64,000 nucleotides of DNA from NCBI GenBank assembly GCA_021776115.1, contig JAJFGN010000063.1, forward strand, positions 18,375 to 82,374, given 5' to 3'. The stretch comes from Kiloniellaceae bacterium. GTDB taxonomy: Bacteria > Pseudomonadota > Alphaproteobacteria > Kiloniellales > J153. The first letter of the stretch is position 1. Each line of letters opens with the position of its first letter. This document shows, piece after piece, positions 9,101-16,558 of the stretch. Made by a program: the position numbers and the translations under genes. The notes under the pieces were generated by a model that saw only the letters and a list, made by a program, of their open reading frames with translations, searched no databases and was not told the origin of the DNA.

Positions 9101-12095
9101 AATCTTCGAGAATTCCAAATGTAGCGGGGCCGGCATCAATATCAATTTCGGCTCGCCGATAATTCAGGACAACATCATCAGCGGCAACACGACTACCTGC
9201 TCGGGAGGCAACGGCGGTGGTATGTACGTTGGAGGCGCGGCCAGCGCGCAAATCCTGGACAATGTGATTACCAACAATGTCGTCTTCGCTGGCGATGGCG
9301 GCGGCATCTTCCTCAATGCGGCTGGAACGCCGACAATTCGTGGCAACCGGATCGAGGGGAATCGGGTCGGCGGAATAAGTCCCGCGGCAGTGGGCGGCGG
9401 CATTGGCATGATCAATCGATCCGATGCTCTCATTGTCCAGAATGTGATTGTCGGCAACATCGCCGACAATGGCGGCGGCGTCTCTTGGCTAATCTCTGGC
9501 CGAGGCCCCTACCTGGTGAACAATACGATCGCCGACAACAGTGGAGCGCAGGTAGTGGCCCTGGGTTTCAGCGCGCAGGTCTTGCTGATCAACAACACCG
9601 TCTCTGGGACGAATATGGGGATCGCCTGTGACCCCAATCCGCCCATATTGCTTTCCAATAACGCTGTGAGCACGACGGGGCCGGCCTATTCCGGGCTCTG
9701 CGCCAACGCGCTCGGCGTTGACGGCAATATCTCAGCCGATCCGCTGTTCGTTGACGCGGCAAATGGCAACTATCGCCTGCAAAGCGTTTCACCCTTGGTC
9801 GATGCCGGGGACAATTCGGCCCCGGGCTTGCCAAGCACGGACGGCGACGGGAGGCCGCGCTTTGTCGATGGCGATATAGATGGCATCGCGCGTGTCGACA
9901 TGGGGGCTTTCGAGTTCGGACCCGGACCGGTGGCGAATGCCGGTCCCGATCAGGAAGTCACGGATTTGGATACGGTGGTCTTGGACGGCACAGGGTCCTC
10001 CGACCCGGCCGGAGGTATCTTGACCTACGACTGGAGCGTGGATGGCACGGCCCTCGCGGCGGGACCGACGCCGAGCGTGGGCCGCCTCCCGCTGGGTACG
10101 CACGCCATCACCCTCACGGTAACGGACACTGAGGGCGCGACGGCTTCGGACATCGTGACCATCACCGTGCTGAACCATGCTCCGCTCGCCGGTACCGTGG
10201 TCGAATTGCCGCTCAACGAGGGTAGCGGCACGATCGCCGGCGATATCAGCGGATTTTTCAACCATGGCACGCTCGCGGGTGGGGCGGCCTACGAGGCCGC
10301 CACGGCGGACCGTAGCGCGTTCTCGGTGCGCTTCGACGGGGTGGACGATTTCATCGATCTCGGCGTGGTTGACGTAACCGGGACCGGTTTGACCCTGGCG
10401 GCCTGGTTCAATGCCGACAGCTTCCCAGGATCGTCGAGCGACCCACGGCTGATTTCCAAGGCCGCGGGCACGGCGGCGAACGATCACGTGTTCATGCTGA
10501 GCACGATCCGCGTGGGCTCGGCGGTGCGGCTGCGCGCGCGGGTGCGGGTCGGGGGATCGACGACGACGTTGATCGCAAACAGTGGCGATCTTGTGCCCGG
10601 CGTATGGCAGCATGCGGCGGTGACGTATGACGGTGCCACGCTTCGGCTCTATCTCGATGGGGTCGGCGTTGGCAGCACATCTCTCGTTGGGGCAGTGGAT
10701 GTTGCACCCACTGTTTCCGTGGCCATAGGTGGGCAGCCCCCAGGCGCGGGACCGCGCTTTTTCGACGGGTTGCTGGACGATGTTCGCATCCTGCAGCGGG
10801 CCATGAGCGGTGCCGAGATTTCGGGCATCGTAAGCGTCGGTGCCGGGAATCAGCTTCCGGTAGCGGCGGACGATGGTTACGCGACGCCTGAGGATTTTGC
10901 ACTGGTGGTGGTCGCGGCGAATGGGGTGCTGGCGAACGACACGGACCCGGACCTAGACCCGCTGCAGACGGTGCTGGTGGACGATGTATCGAACGGGGTG
11001 CTGACCCTGAATGCGGACGGCTCCTTCGACTACACGCCGGCGGCGAACTTCAATGGGACCGACAGCTTTACCTACCGGGCGAGCGACGGCCGGGCCCAGT
11101 CGAACCTCGCGACGGTGACGCTAACAGTCGGTGCGGTGAGCGACGTTCCGGTCGCGGCAGACGACCAGTACCAGACGCAGCCAGACACGGCGCTGACGGT
11201 GAACGTGGCGAACGGCGTCCTCTCAAACGACTCGGACCCCGATCTCGACCCGCTGCAGGCGGTTCTGGTGAGCGATGTGACAAACGGCGCGCTGATCCTG
11301 AACCCGGACGGCTCCTTCGGCTACACGCCGTTTGGGGGCTTCAGCGGGCAGGACAGTTTCACCTATCAGGCGAACGACGGGTTCAACTCTTCGAATCTCG
11401 CGACCGTGACAATCTCGGTGACAGGATCGTTGGACCCGGACGCTCTGGTTTCCTTGCCTCTGGATGACGGTAGCGGCCTGATAGCGGGCGACGTGAGCGG
11501 TATGGGCAACGATGGGATGCTCGCGGGCGGCGCGGCGTTTGACGCGAATACCGCGGACGGCAGCGCGTTCTCGGTCCGCTTTGACGGGGTAGATGGGTTC
11601 ATCGATCTGGGCGCGGTTGACGTGTCCGGGACCGGTTTGACCCTGGCGGCCAGGTTCAACGCGGATAGCTTCCCGGGATCGTCGAGCGACCCGCGCCTGA
11701 TCTCGAAGGCCACGGGCACCGCCTCGAACGATCATGTGTTCATGCTGAGCACAATCCGCGTGGGTTCGGCGGTGCGCCTGCGCGCGCGGGTGCGGGTCGG
11801 CGGCTCGACGACGACACTCATCGCCGGCAGTGGCGATCTTCTGCCCGGCGTATGGCAGCACGCGGCGGTGACGTATGACGGTGCGGCCCTTCGGCTCTAT
11901 CTCGATGCGGTGGAGGTCGGCAGCACGCCGCTCTCTGGGGCGGTGGACGTGGCGCCATCCGTTCCGGTCACGATCGGGGCGCAGCCCCCAGGCGCGGGAC
12001 CGCGGTATTTCGACGGGCTGCTGGACGATGTGCGCATCCTGCAACGGGCCTTGAGCGCGGCCGAGGTCAACCAGATAGTGGCCGGCGGGACTTAA
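6147..12095 (+). CDS. Giant secreted modular protein: NxxGxxAF-repeat N-domain, PKD-like domains, right-handed beta-helix, 2x LamG-like, 2x cadherin-like Ig
   Basis: Signal peptide MTRTRR...ASA; repeats N..G.(V/I).F; PVADAGPDQ...LDG..S.DP.G..LTYSW (PKD); GG-rich parallel beta-helix; WQHAAVTYDG..LRLYLDG...LDDVRI (LamG); GVL.ND.DPD...DGSF.YTP..F.G.DSFTY; GGGAG RBS before ATG 6147. Confidence 0.85.
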   Translation: MTRTRRFFKYLIVWTIFAVALASVPDPASAQNRAYRIQLIPLTGTTLDGTQEFQVSPTGHANLTESGDVLFDSNEPISTVNRALGLWSGDNVTILESLSNPAPPPGGVVNFYPFFLSRPNNNGDVTFISEFGLNSTVADHGLWAGPPSQLELIARSGDPAPGTPGLSFLRLRNDPLYDLANVGTYGGFLNDAGDLVFRAAIGDPAACIPDCGQQLLQEGLWRHSPFGLELLAQSGDPAPGLTGENFTTFPSYVLNGAGDVVFVAETSTLSLDDRLGDGLWAGQAGSLRPVAVRGQAAPGTGGLTFTGFRSGWFSTSQTSNISDPSFSFGPVTNSAGDIGFFALSDQRDGIWTEQAGVLRPLAIVGNPAPGTGDGVYQGLSSRVDLNEAGQFAFAAGFLSSATSAIGLWVGDPDALNLVVSTDDVAPGFTPSTFERFGTLDLNLSGDVAFDAVIQDIELGQAQGVWVGGTGGISSVLRHGDAIEVAPGDIRTVDTAYLSSFLSSDNGESRAMNDAGQISLLAFVRGLPGTLLIATPIDPAAPNGAPIAEAGPDQAMTAGQFLVLDASGSTDAEGTPLFFSWSAGGVLLGDGPRISIQPALAPGTHTVTLTVTDQQGLSATDTMTLTVNARPVADAGPDQTVSENQGVLLDGTGSFDPDGDTLTYSWEQNGIVVASTATAAVGPFGAGTQTFTLTVSDPDGASSSDTVVITMIAVTPVANAGPDQTVSNAQSVLLDGTGSSDPNGDTLTYSWEQNGIVIASTAIATVGPFGAGTQTFTLTVYDPGGASSSDTVVITTIVVAPVADAGPDQIVGEGAVFSLDGSASFDPEGGALTYTWSLGGTVIATGATATVGPLPPGLHIASLRVTDPQGDSASDTVFLDVIASEPINIAGAIKVPGDQATIQNAIDVAVNGDTVLVSPGTYVETLNYQGKAITLISEFGPALTVIEGSVIFDSGEGLDSVLQGFTVRDGGGISITGASPKVIGNRIFENSKCSGAGININFGSPIIQDNIISGNTTTCSGGNGGGMYVGGAASAQILDNVITNNVVFAGDGGGIFLNAAGTPTIRGNRIEGNRVGGISPAAVGGGIGMINRSDALIVQNVIVGNIADNGGGVSWLISGRGPYLVNNTIADNSGAQVVALGFSAQVLLINNTVSGTNMGIACDPNPPILLSNNAVSTTGPAYSGLCANALGVDGNISADPLFVDAANGNYRLQSVSPLVDAGDNSAPGLPSTDGDGRPRFVDGDIDGIARVDMGAFEFGPGPVANAGPDQEVTDLDTVVLDGTGSSDPAGGILTYDWSVDGTALAAGPTPSVGRLPLGTHAITLTVTDTEGATASDIVTITVLNHAPLAGTVVELPLNEGSGTIAGDISGFFNHGTLAGGAAYEAATADRSAFSVRFDGVDDFIDLGVVDVTGTGLTLAAWFNADSFPGSSSDPRLISKAAGTAANDHVFMLSTIRVGSAVRLRARVRVGGSTTTLIANSGDLVPGVWQHAAVTYDGATLRLYLDGVGVGSTSLVGAVDVAPTVSVAIGGQPPGAGPRFFDGLLDDVRILQRAMSGAEISGIVSVGAGNQLPVAADDGYATPEDFALVVVAANGVLANDTDPDLDPLQTVLVDDVSNGVLTLNADGSFDYTPAANFNGTDSFTYRASDGRAQSNLATVTLTVGAVSDVPVAADDQYQTQPDTALTVNVANGVLSNDSDPDLDPLQAVLVSDVTNGALILNPDGSFGYTPFGGFSGQDSFTYQANDGFNSSNLATVTISVTGSLDPDALVSLPLDDGSGLIAGDVSGMGNDGMLAGGAAFDANTADGSAFSVRFDGVDGFIDLGAVDVSGTGLTLAARFNADSFPGSSSDPRLISKATGTASNDHVFMLSTIRVGSAVRLRARVRVGGSTTTLIAGSGDLLPGVWQHAAVTYDGAALRLYLDAVEVGSTPLSGAVDVAPSVPVTIGAQPPGAGPRYFDGLLDDVRILQRALSAAEVNQIVAGGT
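8034..8530 (+). repeat. Near-identical tandem duplication of a PKD module (255-bp period)
   Basis: ccggtcgccRatgccgggccggatcagacggtgagc at 8034 and 8289; long shared runs such as tactcttgggaacagaacggcatagtg and ggcacccagactttcaccctgaccgtg. Confidence 0.9.
10200..12065 (+). repeat. Duplicated LamG-like domain (approx. 10200-10815 and 11450-12065) enclosing two cadherin-like repeats
   Basis: Near-identical peptides FNADSFPGSSSDPRLISKA..HVFMLSTIRVGSAVRLRARVRVGGSTTTLIA in both copies. Confidence 0.9.
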
Positions 12096-12175
12096 ACCAG
12101 CGGCCATTGAGACCGACTCAAATTAGGGGATTCCCGGCTCGAGTGGGGTGGTCTTCTTCTTTCTGGTATCTGTGA

Positions 12176-12202
12176 TCGTGCTCTAGTTTATGAGAGCACG
12201 AC
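12176..12202. terminator. Hairpin between the convergent giant-protein gene and merR
   Basis: tcgtgctct...agagcacga 9-bp inverted repeat. Confidence 0.4.
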
Positions 12203-12625
12203 CTAATCCGCCCACAGCGAATCGATCACCGGGCAGTCGGGTACGGCGCCACCGCCGCATTCGTCGGAAATTCGCGAAAGTGTGCGCTCGAGACGCTTTA
12301 GGTCGGCGATCTTCCGGCGGACGGTCTCAAGATGATCGATCGTCAGCTCGTGGATCTCGCCGCAGGTGTAAGCCTTCGAGTCGACAAGCGACAGCAGGCT
12401 GCGCAGCTCGTCTATACTGAAACCCAATTCCCGGCCGCGCAGGATGAAACGCAGGCGGCGCTGGTCGTCGGTGCTGTAGAGCCTGTGCCCGGCTTTTGAG
12501 CGGGCGGGCGGCGGAAGCAATCCGATGTTCTCATAATATCGAACCGTTTCCAGGTGGCAGTCGAAACGCTTGGCAAGCGTGCCGCGCGTGATCGGCGTGC
12601 TGGTGGTGGTAAGCGGCACGGTCAA
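12203..12625 (-). CDS. merR: Hg(II)-responsive MerR regulator
   Basis: ETVRYYE..GLL HTH, GFSIDELRSLL, three Cys (YTCGE, ECGG...DCPVI); divergent from mer genes; likely TTG start after GAGG. Confidence 0.85.
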   Translation of the reverse strand: MTVPLTTTSTPITRGTLAKRFDCHLETVRYYENIGLLPPPARSKAGHRLYSTDDQRRLRFILRGRELGFSIDELRSLLSLVDSKAYTCGEIHELTIDHLETVRRKIADLKRLERTLSRISDECGGGAVPDCPVIDSLWAD

Positions 12626-12634
12626 AATTTCCTC

Positions 12635-12665
12635 TTGCACCTGTAGTTACTACAGACCTTACACT
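12635..12665 (+). promoter_or_regulatory. MerR-type promoter/operator
   Basis: -35 TTGCAC (12635-40), 19-bp spacer containing perfect dyad CTGTAGT-T-ACTACAG (12641-55), -10 TACACT (12660-65). Confidence 0.9.
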
Positions 12666-12671
12666 GCCCGG

Positions 12672-13397
12672 ATGGCGGAGGAAAATGCAAAGGGCGAAAC
12701 GCCGGCGGTTGCAGAGACGGGTTTTGATGCAATTGCCCACTACCTGCGCACCGAGCTGTTCCCGAACAGCGACCTCTTGTCGCAGCGGGTCTTGCTCAGC
12801 CTTTACCGGCTGGTCGCGAATGGATCTCCCGTATCCCTCGACGCGCTCGGCGCCAGTCTCGGACTTGATGGCGAGACGGTGAAGAAGGTGATCGCCGCGG
12901 TCGCGCCGTCGCGGCTCCAATATGACGAGGCCGGCAGAATTACTGCTTTTGCCGGGCTCAGCCAGGCGCCGACGCGCCACCGCTTCACGCTTGGCGGGCG
13001 CGAGCTTTTCACCTGGTGCGCTTTCGACGCCCTCTTTCTGCCCGAGATCTTGGGTGGCAGCGCACGGGTGACCTCGACTTGTCCGGTCACGGACGCGGAA
13101 ATAAGTGTCACGGTGACTGGAGGCGGTCCGGAGGCGGTCACGCCTGGCGATGCCGTGATGTCCTTTGTCATGCCGAGTGCGGAAACCTGTCGCGCCGATT
13201 TGCGCGGCGTCTTTTGCAACCACGTTAACTTCCTTTCATCGCCCAAGGCAGGCGCCGCGTGGGCAGCGCGCAATCCGGGCGCGACAATTCTTTCTCTCGG
13301 CGACGCCTTCGCGCTCGGCCGGATAAGAAACCGATCGGCCTTCGGCGGCGTCCTCGCCGACACAAACGAAACGATGACAACGAGAGGTGCTCCGTGA
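12672..13397 (+). CDS. merB: Organomercurial (alkylmercury) lyase
   Basis: TWCAFDAL (Cys/Asp), TSTCPVT, FCNHVNF motifs of MerB. Confidence 0.9.
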   Translation: MAEENAKGETPAVAETGFDAIAHYLRTELFPNSDLLSQRVLLSLYRLVANGSPVSLDALGASLGLDGETVKKVIAAVAPSRLQYDEAGRITAFAGLSQAPTRHRFTLGGRELFTWCAFDALFLPEILGGSARVTSTCPVTDAEISVTVTGGGPEAVTPGDAVMSFVMPSAETCRADLRGVFCNHVNFLSSPKAGAAWAARNPGATILSLGDAFALGRIRNRSAFGGVLADTNETMTTRGAP

Positions 13398-13783
13398 ACG
13401 ACCGCAAGATGCTTCGTATCGGAATGGGCGGGGCTATGATTACCGCAGTCTGCTGCTTTACGCCCTTGCTGGTGATTTTGGTTGCCGGTGTCGGACTTTC
13501 GGCCATCGTCGGCTGGCTGGACTACGCTTTGTTTCCGCTCCTCTTCGCCTCCCTGGGGCTGGTCGCGTATGCGCTCTATCTACGCGCCGGGCACGCCGGA
13601 CCCGCGCCAAAGCCACTCATCGTTGCCGCCGTTGTCGCTCTTTCGGCGCTCATTGTCTGGCTGGAGTTCAGATTTGCTTTGCGCATTTCTGTTGCCGCCG
13701 CCGCCGTGGTCGCCGGCTACGCGCTGTATCTGCATCGAAAACGACCCGCATCGCCAGCCGAACCACAAGGATCGAAGTCATGA
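13394..13783 (+). CDS. merF: MerF-type mercury transporter with C-terminal hydrophobic extension
   Basis: AVCCFTPLLVIL..VGLSA..GWLDY.LFP; GTGA overlap with merB stop. Confidence 0.85.
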   Translation: MNDRKMLRIGMGGAMITAVCCFTPLLVILVAGVGLSAIVGWLDYALFPLLFASLGLVAYALYLRAGHAGPAPKPLIVAAVVALSALIVWLEFRFALRISVAAAAVVAGYALYLHRKRPASPAEPQGSKS

Positions 13784-15210
13784 GCGAAGCCTGCTGCGCA
13801 CTCCCCAAACACAACGGTCCTTACGATCTTGCCGTGATCGGCGCGGGGTCGGCGGGCTTCTCCGCCGCTATCACGGCCGCCGATCGGGGCGCCCAGGTGG
13901 CCTTGATCGGTCACGGCACGATCGGCGGGACCTGCGTCAATGTGGGTTGCGTGCCCTCCAAGGCGCTGATCCGCGCCGCCGAGGCCCTTCACCATGCCAA
14001 CGCCGCATCCCGCTTCGCGGGCGTCTCGGCGGTGGGCCAGGTCAAGGACTGGCCGGCGCTGCGGGCGCAAAAGGATGAGCTCGTGACCTCGCTGCGCCAG
14101 GCCAAATACATCGACCTGCTGCCCGCCTACAACAGCGTGACTTACCTGGAAGGAAAGGCCCGTCTTGGGAATGGCGGCGTCGTCGTGGACGGCCAGCCCA
14201 TCGAGGCCAGAAAAATCATTGTCGCGACGGGATCGCATGAGTTCGTGCCGGATATCCCCGGCATTCGCGATGTGCCCTATCTCACCAGCACCTCGGCCTT
14301 TGAGATGGAGAGCCTGCCCGACTCCCTGATCGTGATCGGCGGTGGCTACATCGGTTGTGAGCTGGCGCAGATGTTCGCCCGCCTCGGCGTCCGGGTGACG
14401 ATTGTCTTTCGCAGCCGGCTGTTGCCGGAAGGCGAGCCGGAAATCAGCGAGGCCCTCGCGGGATTTTTCGAGGAGGAAGGCATCGCCGTGCGGCGCGTCG
14501 AGGGGTATGAAGGCATCCGCGCGGGCGATCGCGGTATTGCCCTGTCCGTGACTCTCGACGGTTCGGTGGAGGTACTTGAAGCGCAACAGGTTCTGGTGAG
14601 CGCCGGGCGCAAGGCCAATACGGCCGGCTTGGGCCTGGAAGAAGCGGGCGTCGCCCTGACGCCGAACGGCGGGATCGAGGTCGATGACCGCATGCGCACG
14701 ACCAAGGCCGGGGTCTACGCCGCCGGCGACGTCACGGGGCGCGATCTCTTCGTCTACATGGCCGCTTATGGCGCGAAAGTCGCGGCCACCAACGCCGTGA
14801 ACGGAGACGGGCGACGTTACGACAATCTGGCCATGCCGGCGGTGGTCTTCACCGATCCGCAGGTTGCCAGCGTCGGCCTCACCGAGGCAGTGGCCAGGGC
14901 GCGGGGGATTCGGGTCAAGACCTCGATCCTGTCCTTAGACAACGTGCCGCGCGCGCTTGCCGCCCGCGATACGCGCGGGCTCATCAAGCTCGTCGCCGAG
15001 GACGCGACCGGCAAGCTGATCGGGGCTCATATCCTGGCGCCGGAGGGCGCCGACAGCATCCAAACGGCGGCCCTCGCGATCAAGCGGGGCATGACTTATG
15101 CCGAGCTCGGCGACATGATCTTCCCCTATCTCACCACGGTCGAAGGCTTGAAGCTTGCCGCGCAAACCTTCGATATGGACGTGTCCAAGCTGTCGTGCTG
15201 CGCGGGATAA
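13780..15210 (+). CDS. merA: Mercuric reductase, lacking the NmerA domain
   Basis: GGTCVNVGCVPSK, FPYLTTVEGLKLAAQTF, C-terminal LSCCAG; ATGA overlap with merF. Confidence 0.95.
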   Translation: MSEACCALPKHNGPYDLAVIGAGSAGFSAAITAADRGAQVALIGHGTIGGTCVNVGCVPSKALIRAAEALHHANAASRFAGVSAVGQVKDWPALRAQKDELVTSLRQAKYIDLLPAYNSVTYLEGKARLGNGGVVVDGQPIEARKIIVATGSHEFVPDIPGIRDVPYLTSTSAFEMESLPDSLIVIGGGYIGCELAQMFARLGVRVTIVFRSRLLPEGEPEISEALAGFFEEEGIAVRRVEGYEGIRAGDRGIALSVTLDGSVEVLEAQQVLVSAGRKANTAGLGLEEAGVALTPNGGIEVDDRMRTTKAGVYAAGDVTGRDLFVYMAAYGAKVAATNAVNGDGRRYDNLAMPAVVFTDPQVASVGLTEAVARARGIRVKTSILSLDNVPRALAARDTRGLIKLVAEDATGKLIGAHILAPEGADSIQTAALAIKRGMTYAELGDMIFPYLTTVEGLKLAAQTFDMDVSKLSCCAG

Positions 15211-15230
15211 GCGGGCGCGCCGGCGCGTGT

Positions 15231-15656
15231 TCAGCGCAGTGGGCCCGTGCTGGATAACCCCGGGGGAGGCGGTGAGCGGAACTCGAAAGCCCCAAAATTC
15301 TCGCCGCGCCGTGGATCGGTCAGGCCGTCCAACCGATTGAGCGGGCGCGAACCGGGGTCTTGCGAAGCGCGCGGCAGCACCTGGGGCAGGGTGCCGCCCG
15401 GCCGGATCACATAGTCCCCAATACGCTCCCCCGGCGGGCCGTGCGGGAAGATCACCCGGCGGCCGACCTCCGTGTGAGAGGTGTCGGCGCCGCAGGCGAC
15501 CGAGCCGCCAAGAGAGGTGCACGCCGCTAGCGCCCCGGCGGGCGCGGCTATTATCCACACAATTCCCATGGTTATCCCCAGGACGGTCAAGAGGGAAGCG
15601 CGCGCGGCGGTAACGGGGAGGTCGCGGTCCATGGAGGGGACATGGGCCCGGGGCAA
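15231..15656 (-). CDS. Small putative secreted protein
   Basis: Hydrophobic signal-like stretch then ACTSLGGSVACG; start uncertain. Confidence 0.45.
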   Translation of the reverse strand: MPRAHVPSMDRDLPVTAARASLLTVLGITMGIVWIIAAPAGALAACTSLGGSVACGADTSHTEVGRRVIFPHGPPGERIGDYVIRPGGTLPQVLPRASQDPGSRPLNRLDGLTDPRRGENFGAFEFRSPPPPGLSSTGPLR

Positions 15657-15704
15657 GCCCGTGGCTAGAGCATGATCTTACCAAATTGAACCGCCTGCGC
15701 CTCA

Positions 15705-15790
15705 AAGGGAAGAGCCGCGGCTGGGGGACCGCGGCTCTTTGGGGTACAAGGGTACTTATACTAGGGGAAGGGTTAGGTGCGTTTATTTAA
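15705..15790 (-). ncRNA. Candidate small RNA, CU-rich, ending in a strong hairpin
   Basis: ORF-free; minus strand reads ...CCUAACCCUUCCCCUAG...; 11-bp perfect stem 15710-20/15729-39 with UCCCCCAG loop; CtrA-type box just upstream. Confidence 0.55.
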
Positions 15791-15801
15791 GACCTAGACG
15801 A

Positions 15802-15817
15802 TTAACAAATGGTTAAC
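15802..15817. promoter_or_regulatory. CtrA-type binding site
   Basis: TTAA-CAAATGG-TTAAC equals the TTAA-N7-TTAAC consensus. Confidence 0.7.
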
Positions 15818-15907
15818 GCGGGGGCCGATTTTTTTAAGATTTTGCCCGGAACCGGCCCAGGGTAACGTGCACGCCAACCACGCGATATCGCGTAGGCCAA
15901 CCAGGAA

Positions 15908-16531
15908 TTGAGCGAAAATATGCCTATCTTATCGACCCTTGAGGAGTTGGAGGCCATTTACGGTGCCCCTGCGGAAACCTCCACGATCAAGGAAGTGGGG
16001 CGGATCACGGCGGAATATCGTGCGCTGATCGCAGCCTCGCCATTCGCGGTGCTGGCGAGTGGCGGGCCGGAGGGCCTGGATTGCTCACCGCGTGGCGACG
16101 AGCGCGGATTTGTGCGGGTCCAGGATGAAAAAACCCTGATGATGCCCGACCGGCGCGGCAACAACCGGGTCGATACCCTGCGCAACATCTTGCGCGATCC
16201 GCGCGTGGCGCTCCTGTTCATGATTCCAGGCTCGGGAACCACGATCCGGGTCAATGGACGCGCCCATATCGCCACCGATGCCGATCTGCTGGCATCCTTC
16301 GCCGTAAACGGCAAGGCGCCCCGCACCGTGATCGTGATCGCGGTCGAGTCGGTCTATTTTCAGTGCGCCCGCGCCATTGTCCGCGCCGATCTGTGGAACC
16401 CGGAGAAGCACCTGAACCCCAAGAGCCTGCCCAGCCCAGGGCAAATTCTCGCGGCCTTGAGCGAGCAGCGCGTGGGCGGCGAAGCCTACGATCACGCTTG
16501 GCCGGACAGGGCGGAGAAGTCTCTATGGTAG
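15908..16531 (+). CDS. Pyridoxamine 5'-phosphate oxidase-like FMN-binding protein (MSMEG_1061-like)
   Basis: DCSPRGD, PDRRGNNRVDTLRNI, YFQCARAIVRADLW. Confidence 0.9.
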   Translation: MSENMPILSTLEELEAIYGAPAETSTIKEVGRITAEYRALIAASPFAVLASGGPEGLDCSPRGDERGFVRVQDEKTLMMPDRRGNNRVDTLRNILRDPRVALLFMIPGSGTTIRVNGRAHIATDADLLASFAVNGKAPRTVIVIAVESVYFQCARAIVRADLWNPEKHLNPKSLPSPGQILAALSEQRVGGEAYDHAWPDRAEKSLW

Positions 16532-16558
16532 AGCCGAACACGTGGGAGTATTGCTGAT

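Noticed and set aside
12080-12095. C-terminal AGGT of the giant protein as a GlyGly-CTERM rhombosortase signal
   Set aside because: No transmembrane helix or basic tail follows the GG
12105-12135. gagaccgactcaaattaggggattccc as an IS5-like terminal remnant
   Set aside because: Only a vague resemblance; no partner inverted repeat or transposase fragment found
13387-13779. N-terminal extension of MerA in the ORF track
   Set aside because: Alternative frame over merF; no metal-binding motif; the ATGA-coupled start at 13780 fits better
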